From a virus (taxonomy: Duplodnaviria > Caudoviricetes), in IMG/VR virus record IMGVR_UViG_3300044714_000076, positions 1 to 62,787 of that record: a stretch of DNA of 62,787 nt; one strand, given 5' to 3'. The notes under the pieces are model-generated. The model was not told where the DNA came from and ran no database searches. It was given only the letters and a program-made list of their open reading frames with translations. Shown here piece by piece: positions 1 through 8,551 of this stretch. Position 1 is the first letter of the stretch; every line of letters begins with the position of its first letter. A program made the position numbers and the translations under genes.

Positions 1-164
1 TTTTCATTACGGACCTGCGTAGTTCCAGTCATCCGAACGAAAATCCCACAATTCAATGCGAATCTGGCGCATTTCTTCTTGATGCTTCTTTTCAATTTCG
101 TAATTCTTTTTGTAAACACGCGAGCAAGCGCGACAAAAACGCTGTTTTGCCCAAAAGTAAGTAT
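1..164. repeat. Terminal direct repeat, left copy (circularity/assembly overlap)
   Basis: Identical to 62624-62787 except A127 vs C62750. Confidence 0.97.
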
Positions 165-510
165 TTTCAGGCGTGTATTCATGTCCTTGTGGGCAGTGCG
201 TTTTTCTTAGATTATTAGGGGCAACGCCAACCCCGCGGCGAATATTTTCACCGCGAGTTACCGGCTCAAGGTGATCTGGGTTACAGCAACCAGGATTTCG
301 ACAAAGATGGTCGATATCTAATTTTTTGGAAATTCGTTTTCTAAGTAGTGTGAATACCAAACGGTGTACGGCCCACGCTTTTTTACGCCAACTCACAGAG
401 CCATAACCAGTCTTTTTATCTTTGAACGCGCCTACCCAAATCCAGCAACCAGAGTTTGGCTCTGGTATAATATCCTGCTCCACAATTTTTGGTAGTCCAG
501 TCCAGCTCAT
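7..510 (-). CDS. HNH endonuclease with C-terminal Zn-binding motif
   Basis: PEPNSGCWIWVG, VHRL, IDHLCRNPGCCNPDHLEPVT..EN, THCPQGHEY..RFCRAC; ATG at 510 overlaps the upstream stop. Confidence 0.9.
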   Translation of the reverse strand: MSWTGLPKIVEQDIIPEPNSGCWIWVGAFKDKKTGYGSVSWRKKAWAVHRLVFTLLRKRISKKLDIDHLCRNPGCCNPDHLEPVTRGENIRRGVGVAPNNLRKTHCPQGHEYTPENTYFWAKQRFCRACSRVYKKNYEIEKKHQEEMRQIRIELWDFRSDDWNYAGP

Positions 511-1220
511 ATTTTCCTCTTTTCGGAAATAAACCAATGCTCGCAATCTTCTACGGAACACCAGCCACAGAGTCCAGATTTGCGTTTTTCCCAGTTGCCT
601 GTTTTGCGTTTCTCGGTGATGAGGTTCATCAGTCGGTTAATTTCAGCCCACGTCCCTTTGAAATCCGAAAGATCGTGCATCCGACCAGTATGATCGTGTT
701 TGAGATACACGTACCGACCAATAATAGTTCGTAAATTTGGATACTTAGCCTTGAGCAACAAGGCGTTTGTTTGCAACTCAAATGGATCCTCGTATTTAGG
801 ATCAGATGTTTTCCAATCGGTCAATAGCGCCTTATCGTTAAGCATGACCGTGACATCGTTTTTTCCCCTAAACCAAACATCATTATCCCAGAATCCAGTT
901 GCACGTCCGCCGCTGGTCATGCCTAGCTTTTCTTCGCAGATGACTTGGTACTGATCGAACGGAGCAGCGTGCTTTTCCCAGTCTCTCATTTTATCAGGAA
1001 GCACTTTGCCTTTACCGACACGCTTTTCCATCGCGTCGTGAACCTCGTTGCCCCATGTCATTTCGGGGGTTTCGCGATAGACCTGATCTTTCTTAATGTA
1101 CCTGCGAAACATGGCGTGTTCGCAGTTGATGAATCCCTTGAGATTCGTAAACGTACCAATAAACGGCCGCCGATCGAGGAAAGCCGGGATGTCGCCTGGA
1201 TCGGCGTCTTGGAGGGTCAT
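507..1220 (-). CDS. PD-(D/E)XK (Cas4-like) exonuclease
   Basis: N-terminal Cys (FINCE), WGNEVH, D...DWKT nuclease motif, C-terminal CGWC-x4-C; start chosen at MTLQD. Confidence 0.8.
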   Translation of the reverse strand: MTLQDADPGDIPAFLDRRPFIGTFTNLKGFINCEHAMFRRYIKKDQVYRETPEMTWGNEVHDAMEKRVGKGKVLPDKMRDWEKHAAPFDQYQVICEEKLGMTSGGRATGFWDNDVWFRGKNDVTVMLNDKALLTDWKTSDPKYEDPFELQTNALLLKAKYPNLRTIIGRYVYLKHDHTGRMHDLSDFKGTWAEINRLMNLITEKRKTGNWEKRKSGLCGWCSVEDCEHWFISEKRKI

Positions 1221-1318
1221 CGGCGGTCGCTCTCGTAATCGTTGGTCGCGACGAACCACGCTAAATAACCGATCGCTGCCAAGCCGATCAGCAATGCAAA
1301 CACTCCAAGCACACTCAT
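1217..1318 (-). CDS. 33-aa single-TM membrane peptide (not in ORF track)
   Basis: MSVLGVFALLIGLAAIGYLAWFVATNDYESDRR; ATGA overlaps at both ends. Confidence 0.65.
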   Translation of the reverse strand: MSVLGVFALLIGLAAIGYLAWFVATNDYESDRR

Positions 1319-1659
1319 CCAAATATCTTTCCAAGCGCAGCGGCAATCTTCTGCCTCGACTTCTTCGGCAACTTCTGCAATCCAGCACCGATCGAGAGCA
1401 GCGCGCCAGATTCTTCCTCGGACAAGCTGCCGATCTCCAGCAACATGCTGATAGGCAGCCTCATTTCCTTGACGGCGCGCGGTTTGCGCGCTTTGCGCTC
1501 CTTCTTGGGAGCGGGTGCGGCTTCCTTGGCCGGCGCCGTGCCATTGGTGGCACCCTTCTTCGGCGGTATCTTCCGCTTCTTCTTTTCCTTGCCCGCCGAA
1601 GGCGGGTCGCCTTCAACAGGTGGTTGGCCTTGCTTGAATTCTGCAAAGGGATCACTCAT
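1315..1659 (-). CDS. Hypothetical Lys/Pro/Ala-rich basic protein
   Basis: Coupled ORF with histone-like low-complexity centre. Confidence 0.7.
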   Translation of the reverse strand: MSDPFAEFKQGQPPVEGDPPSAGKEKKKRKIPPKKGATNGTAPAKEAAPAPKKERKARKPRAVKEMRLPISMLLEIGSLSEEESGALLSIGAGLQKLPKKSRQKIAAALGKIFG

Positions 1660-1957
1660 TGCTCAGTTCCTTCCGGTTAACGTCTTGGGCGTCATGAACA
1701 TACCCGTCACGAGGATTGATGAAGGTGGTTCCTTCGGCGACCGCGATCGTAGCGGTTGCGCCAAGGCCGCCACTGACAACCGAGATGGTGTCGCCCGGAG
1801 CGTAAGCCGGCGGTACATCCTCGATGTAAGTCGTAATATCGACTGGCAACCCATCGACGCGAGCCTGGAGCTTGGTCACCAACTCGGCCAATTCCCAGCG
1901 CTGGGAGATTGTTGCTCGGATGCAGATTTTGTCGCCGTCGTCCACAATGCTATACAC
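1652..1957 (-). CDS. Hypothetical protein
   Basis: Coupled ORF in minus-strand operon. Confidence 0.6.
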   Translation of the reverse strand: MYSIVDDGDKICIRATISQRWELAELVTKLQARVDGLPVDITTYIEDVPPAYAPGDTISVVSGGLGATATIAVAEGTTFINPRDGYVHDAQDVNRKELSNE

Positions 1958-2141
1958 GAGGTTCCTCCTTGATGTCTGCTCGCCGCTTGAAATCCTGGCA
2001 GCGGAATCGCGCGTCGGTTTGCTCGCCGTAGTTCAACGAAGCGGCATTCCCACAACGTCCGTTCCACTCGCCTTCCTTGATCCAAGGCCCGGTGCAAGTC
2101 TCGCAACAGTTTGGCGGCCATTTTTGCCAAGAAGGAATCAT
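1950..2141 (-). CDS. Small Cys-rich hypothetical protein
   Basis: CCETC...C...C pattern; start overlaps upstream stop. Confidence 0.55.
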   Translation of the reverse strand: MIPSWQKWPPNCCETCTGPWIKEGEWNGRCGNAASLNYGEQTDARFRCQDFKRRADIKEEPRV

Positions 2142-2311
2142 ACTGGTATCACCTCTTTGCAGGAGCAGAGCCACGACATCCCGACCGACCATTGATGATG
2201 CGGCCAACCAAGATCAGGCACGGATATGTGCCAACCGCACATAAGAAAGTCCAGAACGTGCTCGTGGCGGATCTCACTTACTGTACCGTTGGGATAGCGT
2301 GGCCTCGGCAT
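2138..2311 (-). CDS. 57-aa hypothetical protein (not in ORF track)
   Basis: MPRPRYPNGTVSEIRHEHVLDFLMCGWHISVPDLGWPHHQWSVGMSWLCSCKEVIPV; fills gap, ATGA overlap downstream. Confidence 0.5.
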   Translation of the reverse strand: MPRPRYPNGTVSEIRHEHVLDFLMCGWHISVPDLGWPHHQWSVGMSWLCSCKEVIPV

Positions 2312-4145
2312 CTAGGGGAATCCCTGGCAGCCAGTCAGGCGTCTTGCGAAACTCGGCTAAAAAATCTTGAGCATGCTGCTCTTGCTGTCCATCGTTGTCA
2401 ACAAGAATCAGCAGCTCATCGTAGGGCCAGTTGAGAATCCGAAAGCCCTTGGCGGTGATGCGGTTCATTGCCTGTGAGACAATCACGCGGCTGACAGCTT
2501 CGCAAATATTTTGCACCAGTTTCGAATCCCACATCTCCTTCCAGCCGTGGCGCGTCCGCATCCGCCAGAAGCCGCTCGACTTGAATTCGTGTACATCCTC
2601 GTCGGGGCCGGGAATATGCCATTCCAGCGTATCATAAATCAGAGGCTGACCCGCGGGCAAGTAAATCCGATGATCGCGGATCGTTAGCGGTCCCCATTGC
2701 ATAGTGGAGCCTTCGGCCAAGCGTCGTAACGCCAACTTGGCCTGTCCCCAGTAGCCAGTGTTGCGATCGCAGACCTTGGGATGTGTGCGACGGAATAGGT
2801 CAACCCACCGATCTGCATCGTCACGGCTTAAATTAACCGGCGGGCCGTACAAACCGACTCGCGCCGTCTTTTGAAACTTTTCGCCGGCCGCACCGTAAAT
2901 GCACATGAGGTTAGCTTGCTTGGACATGCCCCGCTTTTGCTCCATCTCCAGGCGCCGCGGATCGTTCTTAGTTGGTTTGTAGATGCGCTCGCCGTAGAAC
3001 TCGCACGCGCCGGGAAGATACGGGTCCTCGCCGTTGCGCAATTGCTCGATCACATCGTCCTGTCCTGCCAGATACATGCAAACCCGGAATTCTATTTGCG
3101 AGGCGTCAACGGGAGCGAGCAGATAACCGTCGGGCGCCAGGATGGCCTTGCGCATGTCGGAGCCGCGCTTGAAATTGAGCCAGTTGGCGCCATCCCCCCC
3201 TGATACTCGCAAAGTACCAGCGCCAGCGTATTTGAGGTAAACACACAGAGGTCCCCTAGTGTCCATCCAGCCCAGGGTTTCGGCGCGGGTTTGCATGAGC
3301 GTTGATTTTTCACCTAGCCTCGCTTCTGCCAGCGCGCGAACGCGAGGCGAATCATGTTCGCGCAATTCTTCCATGAATTGATCAGTCTTTGCAAAACAAA
3401 AAATTGGGCCGCGCTTTCCTTCCTTCGTTTTTGGTTCAACTCCCTCTGCGCGTAATAAAACAGCGAACTTCTCGGCGGACTGCAACTCGCTTGCGGCAAT
3501 CCCCAGCTCCTTGAGGCGCGCGGCCTTGCCATGTTCTTCCCTCTCCCAGATTCGCGCCAACATCTCGGTGTCGGCGCGCAAAACCGGATTCACAAACATG
3601 CGGATCACGGTGTCCATCACCGTGAATTCTTCCTTGGGGATTTGCGGGCCGAGCTTCTTGAATAATTGCCACGTTAAATCTACGTCGTGGCAGGCACCAT
3701 CTGCGACTTGTTGCTGTACGTTGTGAGGCACCTCGTGCCAGTGCTTGCCGCGGAAGGCGTTGTAAGGGACGGTTTTAGCGGCTAGTCCGAAGTGCTTGGC
3801 GAGAGCGTCGAGGCCAACACTGAGATGGTTGCCCAAAAGTAAGCGGGCACAGGAAAGAGTATCGAGGTAGAGTTTTGGAACGATGCCGTAGTGATGCGAG
3901 AGGATAAGGCCATCGAACTGGGCGTGATGGCAGATGATCGCGGTGTCGCTCCAGTCCTCTTGCGCGAAGATGTAACGCGCTTGCCGGTCGTCATACCATT
4001 TGGGATCGGTGTCGGCACTCCACTTGACGGCCCAGCCGTGGCACTCGAAGCGCTTATCGCGCACGTATGCCTCGGTGGTCATTTTACTTAGAGTGTATGA
4101 TTCAGAATCGAAAAATGTTTCGGCGTCAGCACAAATGATTCTCAC
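2274..4145 (-). CDS. polA: Family A DNA polymerase with 3'-5' exonuclease domain
   Basis: Exo DAET, HHAQFD; motif A DASQIEFR; motif B RGMSKQANLMCIYG; motif C YDE. Confidence 0.93.
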   Translation of the reverse strand: MRIICADAETFFDSESYTLSKMTTEAYVRDKRFECHGWAVKWSADTDPKWYDDRQARYIFAQEDWSDTAIICHHAQFDGLILSHHYGIVPKLYLDTLSCARLLLGNHLSVGLDALAKHFGLAAKTVPYNAFRGKHWHEVPHNVQQQVADGACHDVDLTWQLFKKLGPQIPKEEFTVMDTVIRMFVNPVLRADTEMLARIWEREEHGKAARLKELGIAASELQSAEKFAVLLRAEGVEPKTKEGKRGPIFCFAKTDQFMEELREHDSPRVRALAEARLGEKSTLMQTRAETLGWMDTRGPLCVYLKYAGAGTLRVSGGDGANWLNFKRGSDMRKAILAPDGYLLAPVDASQIEFRVCMYLAGQDDVIEQLRNGEDPYLPGACEFYGERIYKPTKNDPRRLEMEQKRGMSKQANLMCIYGAAGEKFQKTARVGLYGPPVNLSRDDADRWVDLFRRTHPKVCDRNTGYWGQAKLALRRLAEGSTMQWGPLTIRDHRIYLPAGQPLIYDTLEWHIPGPDEDVHEFKSSGFWRMRTRHGWKEMWDSKLVQNICEAVSRVIVSQAMNRITAKGFRILNWPYDELLILVDNDGQQEQHAQDFLAEFRKTPDWLPGIPLDAEATLSQRYSK

Positions 4146-4462
4146 AACCGCACCAGCCGGTAAATCGAGCCGTGCCCTTTGGTCGAAACAATCTTAAGCG
4201 GCGGCTTGAATTGAGCCAGCTTCTTATTCACGTAATGCGTGGTGGTAGCGACGATCTGGTGGCAGTAATTGTCACCGTTGCGGTTGGAAAAAATCCGCTC
4301 GCGGATGGCCTGATGGCTGATACCGTCCGGGGATTTCTTAAGCAGGTTGAAAAGTGCTTGTTGGTTCGGTCCCATGTGCACCACCTTGCCCTCGAAACCG
4401 ACGAGATCCGGCGTGAGCTGGCCGCAACAGGGGCAGCGGTAGTTTTTCCTTGAGGCCATCAC
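4142..4462 (-). CDS. Putative winged-helix DNA-binding protein with N-terminal CPCCG
   Basis: CPCCGQ followed by an OmpR-like C-terminal pattern (VNKKL...GHGSIYRL). Confidence 0.55.
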   Translation of the reverse strand: MMASRKNYRCPCCGQLTPDLVGFEGKVVHMGPNQQALFNLLKKSPDGISHQAIRERIFSNRNGDNYCHQIVATTTHYVNKKLAQFKPPLKIVSTKGHGSIYRLVRL

Positions 4463-4548
4463 TCGCGCCGCAAAACCGAGTCGTAGGCGTAAGTGGTGAG
4501 ACCGACCAGGACCAGCCAGATCAGCGTGAAGGTGAGAGTTGTGATCAT
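4459..4548 (-). CDS. Small TM peptide
   Basis: MITTLTFTLIWLVLVGLTTYAYDSVLRRE; coupled. Confidence 0.45.
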   Translation of the reverse strand: MITTLTFTLIWLVLVGLTTYAYDSVLRRE

Positions 4549-4661
4549 GACCGTCGATCCGGGTGCCAAGTGTCGGGCCGCGACTGCCGCCGGCAGACCA
4601 GCCAGACGGAGAGGATCACGCCTGCGGCAGACAAGAAGTGGGAAGCGAGGAAGTAAATCAT
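4545..4661 (-). CDS. Small TM peptide (not in ORF track)
   Basis: MIYFLASHFLSAAGVILSVWLVCRR...; ATGA overlaps at both ends. Confidence 0.45.
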   Translation of the reverse strand: MIYFLASHFLSAAGVILSVWLVCRRQSRPDTWHPDRRS

Positions 4662-4987
4662 TTGGGCACTCCAATTGCTTTGCTGATGGCAGCAAGTGCT
4701 AAACGAACTGCGTCGCCGTAGGCATCAATAGTTTCCGCGCCGTCGTCCGCCCTGAGAAAAGACTGTAATGCAGCAAGCAAATCCGGTGCAGCAGCGATCA
4801 GCCGAGCATTGTCGGCGCTTTCGGACGTGATTCGATTGCCTGGTCTAGCAGACCGAGTATTATAGTAACTGCCATCGTGAACATCGTTTTCAGAAACGCA
4901 AATTCTGTCTCCATATCCAAAATTGGGGGCTCTAATAATCCAGCCTCCCATACACTCAGAGACGATCCAAGGCCCAGGCGTGTGCAT
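4658..4987 (-). CDS. Conserved phage hypothetical protein (HTPGPW family)
   Basis: MHTPGPW...NARLIAAAPDLLAAL; RBS GGGAGAG; paralog at 56846-57187. Confidence 0.75.
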   Translation of the reverse strand: MHTPGPWIVSECMGGWIIRAPNFGYGDRICVSENDVHDGSYYNTRSARPGNRITSESADNARLIAAAPDLLAALQSFLRADDGAETIDAYGDAVRLALAAISKAIGVPK

Positions 4988-4988
4988 A

Positions 4989-5255
4989 TCACTCTCCCCA
5001 ATTAAACTGTTTCCCGTTCCGCAACTGGCTCTCGACGCCGGCACATACATTGACATACCGTTTCCACACCGGACCCGGAATAGCTTTCGATTTCTGCTTG
5101 CCGGCGATGTGAGCGGCCGTGCGCGGTGGCGTCTTGCCCCACTCCATCCAGTTTATCGAGACGACGCTGTACCCGGACAGCTCCGAGAGTTTTTCCAGGG
5201 AAAGGCCAAGGGCTTTTCGCCAAGCGCGCGCCTGTTCGTGAGGCTTGATGCTCAT
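4989..5255 (-). CDS. XRE-family HTH regulator
   Basis: ARAWRKALGLSLEKLSELSGYSVVSINWMEWG. Confidence 0.8.
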   Translation of the reverse strand: MSIKPHEQARAWRKALGLSLEKLSELSGYSVVSINWMEWGKTPPRTAAHIAGKQKSKAIPGPVWKRYVNVCAGVESQLRNGKQFNWGE

Positions 5256-5262
5256 GACTCAC

Positions 5263-5291
5263 TCTCTACCATGCGCGAGCAAGCCTGTCAA
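5263..5291 (-). promoter_or_regulatory. Sigma70-type promoter, leaderless XRE transcript
   Basis: TTGACA-17-TAGAGA, 7 nt upstream of ATG, no SD. Confidence 0.6.
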
Positions 5292-5295
5292 CCAT

Positions 5296-5371
5296 AAGAA
5301 AAGGCCCCGCCTTTCGGGCAGGGCCAAGTTTGGGTAGAAGGGAGTAAGGACAAACGAGATCAAAGGTCCAC
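5296..5371 (-). ncRNA. Candidate anti-SD small RNA with intrinsic terminator
   Basis: Promoter TTGACC-16-TACGCT; CU-rich UCCUUACUCCCUU; GC hairpin GGCCCUGCC/GGCGGGGCC plus U tract; no ORF. Confidence 0.55.
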
Positions 5372-5377
5372 GGCCGA

Positions 5378-5423
5378 AGCGTAGCACAACTTTCTTGACG
5401 GTCAAGTGACTTAGGGACAGAAT
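5378..5423. promoter_or_regulatory. Overlapping divergent promoters sharing palindromic -35 (TTGACGGTCAA)
   Basis: Plus: TTGACG-17-CAGAAT; minus: TTGACC-16-TACGCT. Confidence 0.6.
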
Positions 5424-5529
5424 GAAAAACCCCGCCACGAGGGCGGGGTTGGGTTCTGAGCGGCTGGATGAGCGGTGTTGCAGCTCCTCATTTAGCCGAG
5501 CACCCCCACTTTGTCAACGGGTTGTCGGC

Positions 5530-5895
5530 ATGTCCAAATCAAACTTCTTAGACGCGCGTCGCCGTAAATTCCTCGAATCCGAGCCGGCCAAGCAGGCAAT
5601 GGCGGCGGCCAGCGATATGGACCGCATCTTTTTCGAACTGAACCCCACCCGCAACTATCACCTGCGCCCGCCGATCCTCAACGAATTCCCGCCGGACGAT
5701 ATCGTTAAGTCCTTTCCGGGCGAGATCGAGACGTTTTTTGTCGTGGTGTGCCAGATCACTCGCGGTGTCCGCAGCAGGATCTTAACGTCAAGTCCTGGTA
5801 CGCCTGATATCTACGAATCCGACGAGGAAGAATTCGCGAAAGCTTTATGGGAAGGCATAATTGAAGGCAACGGCTACGCGGTGTTGCCGTCATGA
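5530..5895 (+). CDS. Hypothetical protein
   Basis: Coupled (ATGA) to the primase gene. Confidence 0.65.
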   Translation: MSKSNFLDARRRKFLESEPAKQAMAAASDMDRIFFELNPTRNYHLRPPILNEFPPDDIVKSFPGEIETFFVVVCQITRGVRSRILTSSPGTPDIYESDEEEFAKALWEGIIEGNGYAVLPS

Positions 5896-8276
5896 GAGAG
5901 GACGCGCTGAAATATGCCGGCCGCGGATTCCGCGTGCTGCCGCTCGTCCCTAAAGGCAAAAAACCCACATTCAAAACCGGAAAACTGCACGCCGCGGCGA
6001 GCCGCGAGCCAGCCAAGATCGACGAGTGGTTCCCCGACGACACGCGCCGCAATCTCGGTACTGTTGCCGGCCCTGACGAGTTCGACGGCCGAGGGCTGTT
6101 CGCGCTTGATGTGGACGGCGCCGATGGGGTGGCAGAACTGGGCCGACTTCTGGGCGCCGAGCGCCTAATTCCCACCTGGCGCGTCCGCTCGGGTCGCGAG
6201 GGCATAGGCGAACACGTCTATTACCACGGCAAGGTGAAGTCATCGTCGGCGAATGGTCTAGAGGTGCGGTCGGAGGGCAAGATCCTCGTCCTGCCGCCTT
6301 CCGTGCATAAGAGCGGGCGCCGGTACGAGGTCGTGCAGCCCGAGCGGCTGATCGCCGATGCCCCGGAATGGCTCATAAAAATCCTTAATGAGCGTGAGAG
6401 CGCGGGCGGGAAACGAGAACGAAAGCAGAAAGCCGCTACTGTTCCTAATTCGGTCGTGCCCGAATACTTGCGGCTGAGTGTGCTGCCGCGGTTGGCCGAT
6501 CGCGCGGCAGCAGATTTCCTTATTGTCGAGCCCGAGGATTTGCTGGCTGCGGCTGCCGTGTTGCCCAATCCAGACCTGCCATGGGAAAGCGAGGAAGGCG
6601 GTTTCAACGAGATCGGACTGGCCTTCTGGCGGGTCAGCGGAGGCCAGATGTATGGCCTGGAGGCGTTCAAGATCGTCGCGGCCAAGTCGAAGAAATGGGA
6701 CGGCGGCAAGGAGTGCGAGGAACGCTGGGCAAATTACGCGGTATCACCGCCAACCGATTACACCTTCGGCTCGATCAAGTTTTGGATTTGGAGGGTCATT
6801 CCAGGCTGGGAAGTGCCATCACGCGAACCAAAAGCTATCCAGAGCAAAGAGGTAGCGCCGGAACCTGAAGCAAAACCGCAGGCCGACGACTTTTTTAAGC
6901 CTGAAGAAGGAAAAGTAAACGGCCACGCCACGTTAGCACAATTTTTCAAAGACATAGATTTAGACAAGCCCGGCAACCCCCTAATAAAACTTAACGAAAA
7001 GTTCGCCGTCATAGGCGATTTAGGTGGCAAATGCCTTGTCATGTCATGGGTGGCCAGCAAGGTCGATCGCGCAGTGAATGTGCCGTCTTTTCAAACATTT
7101 AAGAGCTTTACCGAACGTTTTGGACACAAATACATCATGGTCAAGCGCGATGGCAAAGACGGGGAGGTGGTCGAAGAAGCCAAGCAACTCGGGGCTTACT
7201 ACCTCAAATGGCCGCACCGCCGCACCTTCGAAGGGATCGACTTGGTGCCGAACGGCGAGCGCGAGCTGCCCGGCAAGGTGCTCAATCTGTGGCAGGGGTT
7301 CGCGATCGAGCCCGCCGCAGGCAGGTGGCCGCTCATGCGGCGCCATATCCTAGACGTGCTCGCGGCCGGTGACGTGGCCTCGGCGCGCTACATCGTCGGG
7401 TGGGCCGCTTGGAGCGTACAGCACCCCGGTGAGCGCGCGGAGGCGGCACTGGTGCTCAAAGGGGGCAAGGGAAGCGGCAAGGGCACCTTTGCCGACGCCA
7501 TGCGCCAGATATTCGGGCAGCATGGCTTACATATTTTCAATTCAAAGCACCTTGTCGGCGCCTTCAACGGGCATCTGCGCAATTGCCTTTTCCTATTTGC
7601 CGACGAAGCGTTCTGGGCCGGCGACAAACACGGCGAGGCGGTGCTGAAGGGAATGCTCACCGAGCCGGTGCTCATGATCGAGCAAAAGGGGATCGACGCT
7701 ACCGCCTGGAAGAACAGGTTGCACGTCATCATGGCGGCCAATGCCGAATGGGTGGTGCCGGCGAGCCACGACGAGCGGCGGTATGCCGTGTTCGAGGTGT
7801 CGTCGGCGCGCATGAACGATGAAGCCTACTTCGCGGCGTTGCGCGCGGAGATGGCCGGCGGCGGGCTTGCGGCGATGCTTTACGATTTGCTGGCGTTGGA
7901 TTTGAAGGACTGGCATCCCCGCAAGATCGTGCGCACCGCGGCATTGGCCGAGCAAAAGGCGCGCAGCCTGGATCCACGCCATGAGTGGTGGGAGTCGGTG
8001 CTGCAAAGCGGCGTGCTGCCAGGTCGGCGCGATGCCACTCATGGGGCTATCCCGGCGACAACCGTTTATGACCGTGCGCGCGACGATGTTCCTAAGCTAA
8101 AAGAGGCTTCGGCGACAGCCTTGGGGAGGTTCCTGAGAGGTTTCGGGGCTGAAGGGTTGCACCGCGAAAATGGTAATTATTGGCGTTTTCCGAATTTAAT
8201 CGAGGCTCGACGCCTATGGACAATTAAATTCGGCGAGTGGCCATGGCGCAACACTTTGGCCGATTGGCACCCTTAA
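5892..8276 (+). CDS. Bifunctional primase-polymerase / PriCT / superfamily 3-like helicase
   Basis: Prim-Pol N-terminus (VLPLVPKGKKP, ALDVD, HVYY, LPPSVH); PriCT-2-like region; Walker A GGKGSGKG, Walker B FADEA, ERRY. Confidence 0.9.
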   Translation: MREDALKYAGRGFRVLPLVPKGKKPTFKTGKLHAAASREPAKIDEWFPDDTRRNLGTVAGPDEFDGRGLFALDVDGADGVAELGRLLGAERLIPTWRVRSGREGIGEHVYYHGKVKSSSANGLEVRSEGKILVLPPSVHKSGRRYEVVQPERLIADAPEWLIKILNERESAGGKRERKQKAATVPNSVVPEYLRLSVLPRLADRAAADFLIVEPEDLLAAAAVLPNPDLPWESEEGGFNEIGLAFWRVSGGQMYGLEAFKIVAAKSKKWDGGKECEERWANYAVSPPTDYTFGSIKFWIWRVIPGWEVPSREPKAIQSKEVAPEPEAKPQADDFFKPEEGKVNGHATLAQFFKDIDLDKPGNPLIKLNEKFAVIGDLGGKCLVMSWVASKVDRAVNVPSFQTFKSFTERFGHKYIMVKRDGKDGEVVEEAKQLGAYYLKWPHRRTFEGIDLVPNGERELPGKVLNLWQGFAIEPAAGRWPLMRRHILDVLAAGDVASARYIVGWAAWSVQHPGERAEAALVLKGGKGSGKGTFADAMRQIFGQHGLHIFNSKHLVGAFNGHLRNCLFLFADEAFWAGDKHGEAVLKGMLTEPVLMIEQKGIDATAWKNRLHVIMAANAEWVVPASHDERRYAVFEVSSARMNDEAYFAALRAEMAGGGLAAMLYDLLALDLKDWHPRKIVRTAALAEQKARSLDPRHEWWESVLQSGVLPGRRDATHGAIPATTVYDRARDDVPKLKEASATALGRFLRGFGAEGLHRENGNYWRFPNLIEARRLWTIKFGEWPWRNTLADWHP

Positions 8277-8470
8277 CCCTTCAGGACCCTTCAGGACCCT
8301 TCAGTATAAGCCATTGATACTATTATATTCCTGAGGGGTTGAATAGTAATGAATAGTTTAATCTCACACGTGAGGCCAATTCTTGCTTTCTTACCTATGC
8401 GGCATAAAGGAGAAAACGCGCATAAGATTCGTGACTGAAAACAAACCCTTCAGTGTTCAGAACCCTTCAG
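8276..8470. repeat. Iteron cluster / probable replication origin
   Basis: ACCCTTCAG at 8276, 8286, 8296, 8445, 8462; inverted copies at 8149 and about 8331; AT-rich centre. Confidence 0.7.
8307..8319. promoter_or_regulatory. IHF-binding site
   Basis: TAAGCCATTGATA matches YAANNNNTTGATW exactly. Confidence 0.55.
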
Positions 8471-8551
8471 CCGACTAAAAATCCCGCTTGACTCCTCCTC
8501 TAGTAGAGAGTAAAGAGTTAGGCGTGACGGGAAAAGGAATGGGAGAGTGAT

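Noticed and set aside
8276-8470. Short repeats as a mini-CRISPR array paired with the Cas4-like gene
   Set aside because: The 9-bp units have no regular unique spacers; they fit iterons.
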